The position numbers and the translations under genes are program-made. Under the pieces are notes generated by a model that saw only the letters and a list, made by a program, of their open reading frames with translations, was not told the origin of the DNA and made no database searches. DNA of 42,152 nt, from positions 1 to 42,152 of the forward strand of contig JAZKAE010000001.1 of assembly GCA_040389345.1 (NCBI GenBank). Direction: 5' to 3'. Below, in pieces: positions 37,566-42,152 of this stretch; the first letter of the stretch is position 1, and the number at the start of each line of letters is the position of its first letter. This DNA is from Patescibacteria group bacterium (lineage in GTDB: Bacteria; Patescibacteriota; Minisyncoccia; Phycocordibacterales; Zambryskibacteraceae).

Positions 37566-39293
37566 TTATTCTTCTACGCCTAAGAGCGCTCTCAATTCAG
37601 CTTCAGGAACCTCTTTGGCGTGAGCTTGAGGAGCAGACTTCTGAACAGGGGCTGGGGCGGGAGAAGGTTTTGGTTCTGCTTTTACGATGTTTGCGAGGAC
37701 ACTTCTAAGATCTGATATATTCTTGGGGCTTGGCTGTCTTTGGTTATCGTTTTTTTTGTTAAAATCCGCAAGAGAGATCGAAGCAAGTGGTTTAAAATCA
37801 TCATGAACAGGAGGAAGAGGCGTTTCTTTTTTTATTTTGGTTTCTTCTCTTTTCCCACGCATGTCGATTGGCATAGGTTCTGATCTGCGAGGCATTGGAG
37901 ACCTGCGATCTCCTCCCCTTTCAAATTGATCGGCTGGTCTATCAGTAGATCTCTGCATAGGGCGTTCAGATCGTTCCGGGGCGCGAGCAGGCCTTTCTAC
38001 CTTACCTTCTTCGTGCCAATCATTGATATTCTTCTCAACTTCAGCTCTGGGCTTCGTATATTGAGCGCGAGAATTTGCGATCGCTTCTTCCTTGTAGCTC
38101 ACGGCTGGTCGCGGGATGGGAGCCGTAGTAGTAGCTGAGAAAGGCTGAGAGGACACTCCGTCTATCATGAGTTTGAGATACACCTGCGTGAATCCTAGAT
38201 TCACCAAGTCCTCTGCGGTAAAGGTCGGGGCAAATTCCTTTTCGAGGACTTCTGCGTCAAATGCGCCGACCCTGAAGGCGATCATGGTACCAACGTTTCC
38301 GAACACCGCATCTCTCACTTCTTCTTCCATCTGTTCGATGTATTGGTGCGCGATAGTGAGGTTGAGTTTATATTTGCGCGCTTCAGACAAAATGTCTGCG
38401 AAAGATTTGTTCGCGAAAGATTGGAACTCGTCCACATAGAGATAGAAGTTAGGAAGCTTTTGAAGTTCGGCTTCGCTTCGATCAGCGCGGGACATCGCGG
38501 CGAGGTAGATTTTTGTTATGAGCATCGAACCGATGAGGTTCGCGTTGCCTTCCCCAACGCGCCCTTTAGAAAGGTTCACAATGAGGATCTTCTTCTCATC
38601 CATGAACTTTCGAATATCAAACGTCGAGACACTCTGACCGATGAGGTTTCGCACAAGAGGATTTGAAGTAAATTGTCCGACCTTGTTTTGGATGGCAGGA
38701 GTCGCTTCGGCCGCAAATTTTTCGGTGTAGCCCGCAAATTCTTCGGTCCAAAATGCTTTGACCGATGGATCCTTCACATTAGAGACAACTTTCTTTCTGT
38801 ATTCTTTGTCTGCGAGCATCCTGTTTACACCAAGAAGTGTTGCTCCTGGGAACTCAAGAAGAGCAAGCAGGGTGTTGTTCAAAATGTAGGCCATTCTGGC
38901 GCTCCAGGCATCGACCCAGATCTTCTCGAATGTGGACATGAGGCCATTCACCACGAGGTGTCGCTTATCCGCGCCGACATCTTCCATGACGTTGAATGAG
39001 ACGGGATGCTCGAGGTCAAACGGAGCAAAGTAGAGCACGTCCTTAAGGCGCTCTTGAGGAATGTATTCGAGGAGCTTTTCCGCCGTGCCTCCGTGCGGGT
39101 CGATGAAGGCTACACCATTGCCGTTTTGAATGTCTTGAATAGCAAGGTTCTCAAGCAAGGTCGACTTTCCCATGCCAGTTTTCCCAATCACATACATATG
39201 CTTGGCACGATCCTTGGACTTTATACCAAACGCCACGCGTTTGTTTCGAGAATCTGTCTCGCCGAAATATGTGACCTTATTTGGATCGTCCAT
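37566..39293 (-). CDS. VirD4/TraD/TrwB-like (HerA/FtsK superfamily) ATPase without a transmembrane anchor
   Basis: HMYVIGKTGMGKS (Walker A), IDPHG, LYVDEFQ (Walker B), SEARKY, AHQY..Q, GNVGT; low-complexity C-tail; start reset to ATG 39293. Confidence 0.9.
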   Translation of the reverse strand: MDDPNKVTYFGETDSRNKRVAFGIKSKDRAKHMYVIGKTGMGKSTLLENLAIQDIQNGNGVAFIDPHGGTAEKLLEYIPQERLKDVLYFAPFDLEHPVSFNVMEDVGADKRHLVVNGLMSTFEKIWVDAWSARMAYILNNTLLALLEFPGATLLGVNRMLADKEYRKKVVSNVKDPSVKAFWTEEFAGYTEKFAAEATPAIQNKVGQFTSNPLVRNLIGQSVSTFDIRKFMDEKKILIVNLSKGRVGEGNANLIGSMLITKIYLAAMSRADRSEAELQKLPNFYLYVDEFQSFANKSFADILSEARKYKLNLTIAHQYIEQMEEEVRDAVFGNVGTMIAFRVGAFDAEVLEKEFAPTFTAEDLVNLGFTQVYLKLMIDGVSSQPFSATTTAPIPRPAVSYKEEAIANSRAQYTKPRAEVEKNINDWHEEGKVERPARAPERSERPMQRSTDRPADQFERGGDRRSPMPRRSEPMPIDMRGKREETKIKKETPLPPVHDDFKPLASISLADFNKKNDNQRQPSPKNISDLRSVLANIVKAEPKPSPAPAPVQKSAPQAHAKEVPEAELRALLGVEE

Positions 39294-39330
39294 TTGTCTC
39301 ATTATATAACAAAGCGGAGTTTTAGGCATG

Positions 39331-39354
39331 AAAAAACCGAGATTTCTCTCGGTT
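39331..39354 (-). terminator. Intrinsic terminator
   Basis: AACCGAGA-GAAA-UCUCGGUU-UUUU immediately after the stop at 39356. Confidence 0.85.
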
Positions 39355-39355
39355 C

Positions 39356-39721
39356 TTACATCTCTGTTTCTTCCTCTTCGATGATAGGAGGCGGCACGGG
39401 CACCACAGGATCTGAGGCACGGCGACCAAAGCGGGCGCGAGTTGTAGGGACAGGAACAGGGATAGACTCAGCTAGGTCAGAAGCTCTCCTGCCGAATTGG
39501 ATCTCAGGGTTAGACTCGACGACTGCACGTTTGCGCGCTTGGCGTTTCTGAACTCGTGCTTTCAAAGATAGTCGTCGATCAACCGATATGAGAACAGACA
39601 ACAGCACAATAGAGAGTCCAAAGAGGACCTGAAAGAAAGACTCCCATGAATGTGGAAAGCCCATCACAGGCAGAAGCGCTGTGAGGAAACCGAGTGTGAG
39701 AATGATCTTTGATTTTGGCAT
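39356..39721 (-). CDS. Small two-TM membrane protein with charged/Pro-rich tail
   Basis: MPKSKIILTLG..LPVMGFPHSW..; two FGRRASD repeats; start reset to ATG 39721. Confidence 0.8.
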   Translation of the reverse strand: MPKSKIILTLGFLTALLPVMGFPHSWESFFQVLFGLSIVLLSVLISVDRRLSLKARVQKRQARKRAVVESNPEIQFGRRASDLAESIPVPVPTTRARFGRRASDPVVPVPPPIIEEEETEM

Positions 39722-39731
39722 TTCTAGTATT

Positions 39732-40226
39732 TTAACCCAAAAAGAGTAAGTATCCAATTGAGAGATACAGAGCTGGATAGACCAGAGCCACACAGATCGT
39801 ATAGAAGAAAAAATCACGTGGTCTCAGCCTTAAAGCCCCACAAATAAGTGGATTGACCATTCTCCAGCCGGGAACAAAATGAGAGACAAAAACCAAAAAG
39901 AATGCCCGCCTTCCTGAAGCGCCAGTGTATTTTTCTATCCATTCTGCTCTGATCTTTTTAGAGGTTTTCTCTGCCAGGGCCGAGCCGGTGTATCCTAGCC
40001 CAAACAAAATAACGTCATAGCAAAACACCGCGAGAACTGCAGTGACCCAATATCCGAGAAAACTTCCTCCATGTGATGCCAAGATCCCAAGGCCAATAAA
40101 AATTATTCCTTCAGGCAGCGGCAGCGGGTGACCACTCGCCAAAATGATCAAGAATATCTCCGGATAGTTCAAATGAGCAAGGTGCGCCAAGGTGGCTGGG
40201 ATAGATTTGAGATAGAAATGGTGCAT
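39732..40226 (-). CDS. DedA family membrane protein
   Basis: PLPEGIIFIGLG, FGLG, HFVPGWR..GAL; start reset to ATG 40226. Confidence 0.8.
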   Translation of the reverse strand: MHHFYLKSIPATLAHLAHLNYPEIFLIILASGHPLPLPEGIIFIGLGILASHGGSFLGYWVTAVLAVFCYDVILFGLGYTGSALAEKTSKKIRAEWIEKYTGASGRRAFFLVFVSHFVPGWRMVNPLICGALRLRPRDFFFYTICVALVYPALYLSIGYLLFLG

Positions 40227-40227
40227 G

Positions 40228-41079
40228 TCAGTTGCCGTAAATACTGTCGATGATGTCTTGATCTTTATTGCTTTTTTTGAGAAGGGCGATGTTCTTGTCT
40301 CTAATCCCTTCAAGCGCCCGGGCTCCCTCTTCATCGCCGATTGTATCTTTATAAAATCCAAGGAGCGCTTCAAAATCTTTGGGAAAACAATGTCCGCCCG
40401 CACCTCTACCTTTTGATCGCTCAGATGTATGCACTGGCTGCATATGGCTTTCGCCGATCCTATGGTCCTTCACTACCGCTTCACTCACCTGGCTCCAATC
40501 AGCGCCGATCATTTCCGCCAAGTCATACATCATGTTCATGAACACCACCTTTGAATACAAGAAGTTATTGCCTATATATTTTATGAGTTCGGTCTCTTTT
40601 GAAAGGAGGACCTTCGAATAAGGAGCCTTGGGCAAGATAGAGAGCACAAGCTCAGCCTTCTCCCTGAACTCTGGAGTATCTTTCGGAATACCGATAAGGT
40701 TTCTCTCCGGATGTTGAGTATCAGCTTTGGCGGTTGCTGCCACTAAAAATTCTGGAGAGTGCAAGACAAAGATATTCAGGTTCTCGTTTTGGATAGATTC
40801 GGTCGACCCTGGCAGTATGGTCGACTTGATCACGATGGTCTTCCCCTCACCCACCAATTTCATCTCACCTCGAAGGATCGAGTCGTCAAAGCCAGAAGGT
40901 CTCGTAGGGGTCGGGACTGCAATAAAGACAATGTCGCATTCTTTTATTCTTTCCTTATTCCCTGCATATTCAGGGTCCAGAGAATAACGAACAACAGAAA
41001 ACCCTCTCTCTTCAAAGTCATCAGCCAAATTTTTGCCGACGAATCCCTGACCAATAAATCCTATAAGAAGATTTTGCAT
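40228..41079 (-). CDS. Short UDP-glucose/GDP-mannose 6-dehydrogenase family protein
   Basis: GQGFVG, FIAVPTP, IKSTILPG, SPEFL, ELIKY..N, GGHCFPKD. Confidence 0.9.
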   Translation of the reverse strand: MQNLLIGFIGQGFVGKNLADDFEERGFSVVRYSLDPEYAGNKERIKECDIVFIAVPTPTRPSGFDDSILRGEMKLVGEGKTIVIKSTILPGSTESIQNENLNIFVLHSPEFLVAATAKADTQHPERNLIGIPKDTPEFREKAELVLSILPKAPYSKVLLSKETELIKYIGNNFLYSKVVFMNMMYDLAEMIGADWSQVSEAVVKDHRIGESHMQPVHTSERSKGRGAGGHCFPKDFEALLGFYKDTIGDEEGARALEGIRDKNIALLKKSNKDQDIIDSIYGN

Positions 41080-41357
41080 TAAAGATGTTCTTTGAGCTTC
41101 TCTTCAAGGATCGTTAATTTCTTTTCAGAAAGATGATAGACCTCTGGATTATTTCTGAGTGCTTCAACTCCTCGTTCGATCTCATCTTTATCTATGCCCT
41201 TGTCTATCGATCGTTCTTCGTTCATATCTCCGGAGAAGAATGATTCGACAAGGTCGAGTTCTTTACTCGTAAAGTCATGCATGGCCAAAGAATTGCGGAC
41301 TTTTTTGAATTCCTCTTTGCTCACATGCGGCTTTGTATCATCAAAGAATATTCCCAT
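41079..41357 (-). CDS. Small acidic hypothetical protein
   Basis: 92-aa ORF coupled (TAATG overlap) to the dehydrogenase gene; function not recognised. Confidence 0.75.
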   Translation of the reverse strand: MGIFFDDTKPHVSKEEFKKVRNSLAMHDFTSKELDLVESFFSGDMNEERSIDKGIDKDEIERGVEALRNNPEVYHLSEKKLTILEEKLKEHL

Positions 41358-41359
41358 AG

Positions 41360-41432
41360 TGCGCGTGCCAGGGGTCGAACCTGGGACCTACCGAGTATCA
41401 GTCGATTGCTCTACCAGCTGAGCTACACGCGC
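41360..41432 (-). tRNA. tRNA-Ile (anticodon GAU), CCA not encoded
   Basis: Acceptor stem GCGCGUG/CACGCGC, D arm UAGCUCAGCUGGUAGAGC, anticodon arm AUCGA-CUGAUAC-UCGGU, T arm CCAGG-UUCGACC-CCUGG. Confidence 0.95.
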
Positions 41433-41554
41433 AAGTGAGGAGGAATGAAAAAGCTTGTTTTTTCATGATCTCCGAACCCAGCGCAGGTCTAGAATAGACA
41501 CGCGCAGCCCTCTTCGGATGTGCGAAGAATATATCAAAAATAGCCTATTTAAAC

Positions 41555-41580
41555 AAGAAAAGACACCCCGAGGGGCGCCT
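41555..41580 (-). terminator. Intrinsic terminator after the small membrane peptide
   Basis: AGGCGCCC-CUCG-GGGUGUCU followed by UUUCUU. Confidence 0.7.
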
Positions 41581-41731
41581 AGTGAAAAAGCTTGCTCACG
41601 CCGATACAGATCGGCAACAGGACGAGTCCGAGGAGGGCTATGCATACAAGCCCTCCGATCACTTCGCCGATACCGATCGGCTTTTCGACAGACTGCATGG
41701 GTGCAGCGATGTTGGTGATTCGTCCGACCAT
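41579..41731 (-). CDS. Putative 50-aa single-TM membrane peptide
   Basis: MVGRITNIAAPMQSVEKPIGIGEVIGGLVCIALLGLVLLPICIGVSKLFH; AAGGAG 6 nt upstream; terminator at the stop. Confidence 0.55.
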   Translation of the reverse strand: MVGRITNIAAPMQSVEKPIGIGEVIGGLVCIALLGLVLLPICIGVSKLFH

Positions 41732-41792
41732 GTGCATCTCCTTGTTGAGGTGTCTTTTCGCACTGTACACTTTTTGGTTTTGTGTTGCAAGC

Positions 41793-41816
41793 AAAAACCG
41801 CCCGAAGGCGGCTTTT
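41793..41816 (-). terminator. Intrinsic terminator downstream of the 16S rRNA gene
   Basis: CCGCC-UUCG-GGCGG-UUUUU on the minus strand. Confidence 0.85.
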
Positions 41817-41988
41817 ACTTTTATCGTTCTCTATTCTGTTCCGTTCTCTTTACCCTATATTTTACTATTGGGCTGCGCTTGTCTTTCCAAGTGTCATAGA
41901 GGTTCTAGGAATCCTCTACAATCCATTATATGGTCAATTGAGCCATACAATATCGACTCGATCAGCGCGTCAAAGACGGCGTGTTTCA

Positions 41989-42152
41989 AATTGAATTACT
42001 CCACGAGCAGCTTCCGCTACCCGTGCCTTGTTACGACTTACTCCCTGTCGATGAGCTTACCGTAGGCCCGCATAAACGGGACTTCGGGTACTCCCATCTC
42101 CCTTGAGTTGACGGGCGGTGAGTACAAGACTTGAGAACGTATTCACCGCAGT
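41989..42152 (-). rRNA. rrs: 16S rRNA, 3' end (h44-h45; gene continues beyond the right edge; exact 3' end approximate)
   Basis: Reverse complement contains GCGGUGAAUACGUUC, UUGUACUCACCGCCCGUCA, AAGUCGUAACAAGG and the h45 hairpin with GGAA loop. Confidence 0.97.

Noticed and set aside
4914-41082. Numerous short antisense or alternate-frame ORFs inside long genes
   Set aside because: Fully overlapped by well-supported genes and lacking motifs.
37566-41432. Conjugative element integrated at tRNA-Ile
   Set aside because: No integrase or relaxase and no duplicated tRNA 3' end seen; the ATPase is coupled to chromosomal GT genes.
41446-41594. 12-bp direct repeat tgaaaaagcttg (41446-41457 and 41583-41594)
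   Set aside because: Only two short AT-rich copies; not a CRISPR or a convincing target-site duplication.
41817-41990. Intron at the 16S 3' end explaining the missing anti-SD
   Set aside because: h45 is uninterrupted, and no resumed UCACCUCC exon or group I core is recognisable before the terminator.
41455-42065. Plus-strand track ORFs over the 16S trailer and tRNA leader
   Set aside because: Antisense to rRNA, terminators and the small TM ORF, with no recognisable protein features.
1-42152. CRISPR array, IS element or defence system
   Set aside because: No regularly spaced repeats, transposase or recognisable defence genes seen.

Overview
Bacterial chromosomal window that most resembles a Patescibacteria/CPR (Parcubacteria-like) genome. 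This assignment is inferred from gene content and the 16S tail; no search was run. Left end (1-4481): a three-gene minus-strand surface module (membrane-anchored HTH protein, Fn3-like anchored protein, >529-aa Ser/Thr-rich fibre-like protein running off the window), divergent from a tiny MerR-type HTH gene. 4522-11730: tightly coupled secA-DedA-thioredoxin-DsbB-MYG1-obgE-gatB operon, preceded by an uncalled 29-aa Lys/Ala histone-tail-like peptide gene. 12189-37564: a ~25-kb surface-glycan locus (O-antigen-ligase/OTase-TPR protein, GDP-mannose 3,5-epimerase-like enzyme, wzm/wzt, rmlA/rmlB, about 11 glycosyltransferases, six methyltransferase domains, a deacetylase). Right end: an orphan VirD4/TraD-like ATPase, small membrane proteins, a short UDP-glucose dehydrogenase, tRNA-Ile(GAU) and the 3' end of a 16S rRNA gene that is not followed by 23S. 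The most striking coherent signal concerns translation initiation. The 16S tail lacks the anti-Shine-Dalgarno CCUCC, many genes have a TAnnnT -10 hexamer only 6-9 nt before the start codon, and most others are coupled by overlapping stop/start codons. Together this suggests largely SD-independent, leaderless initiation.
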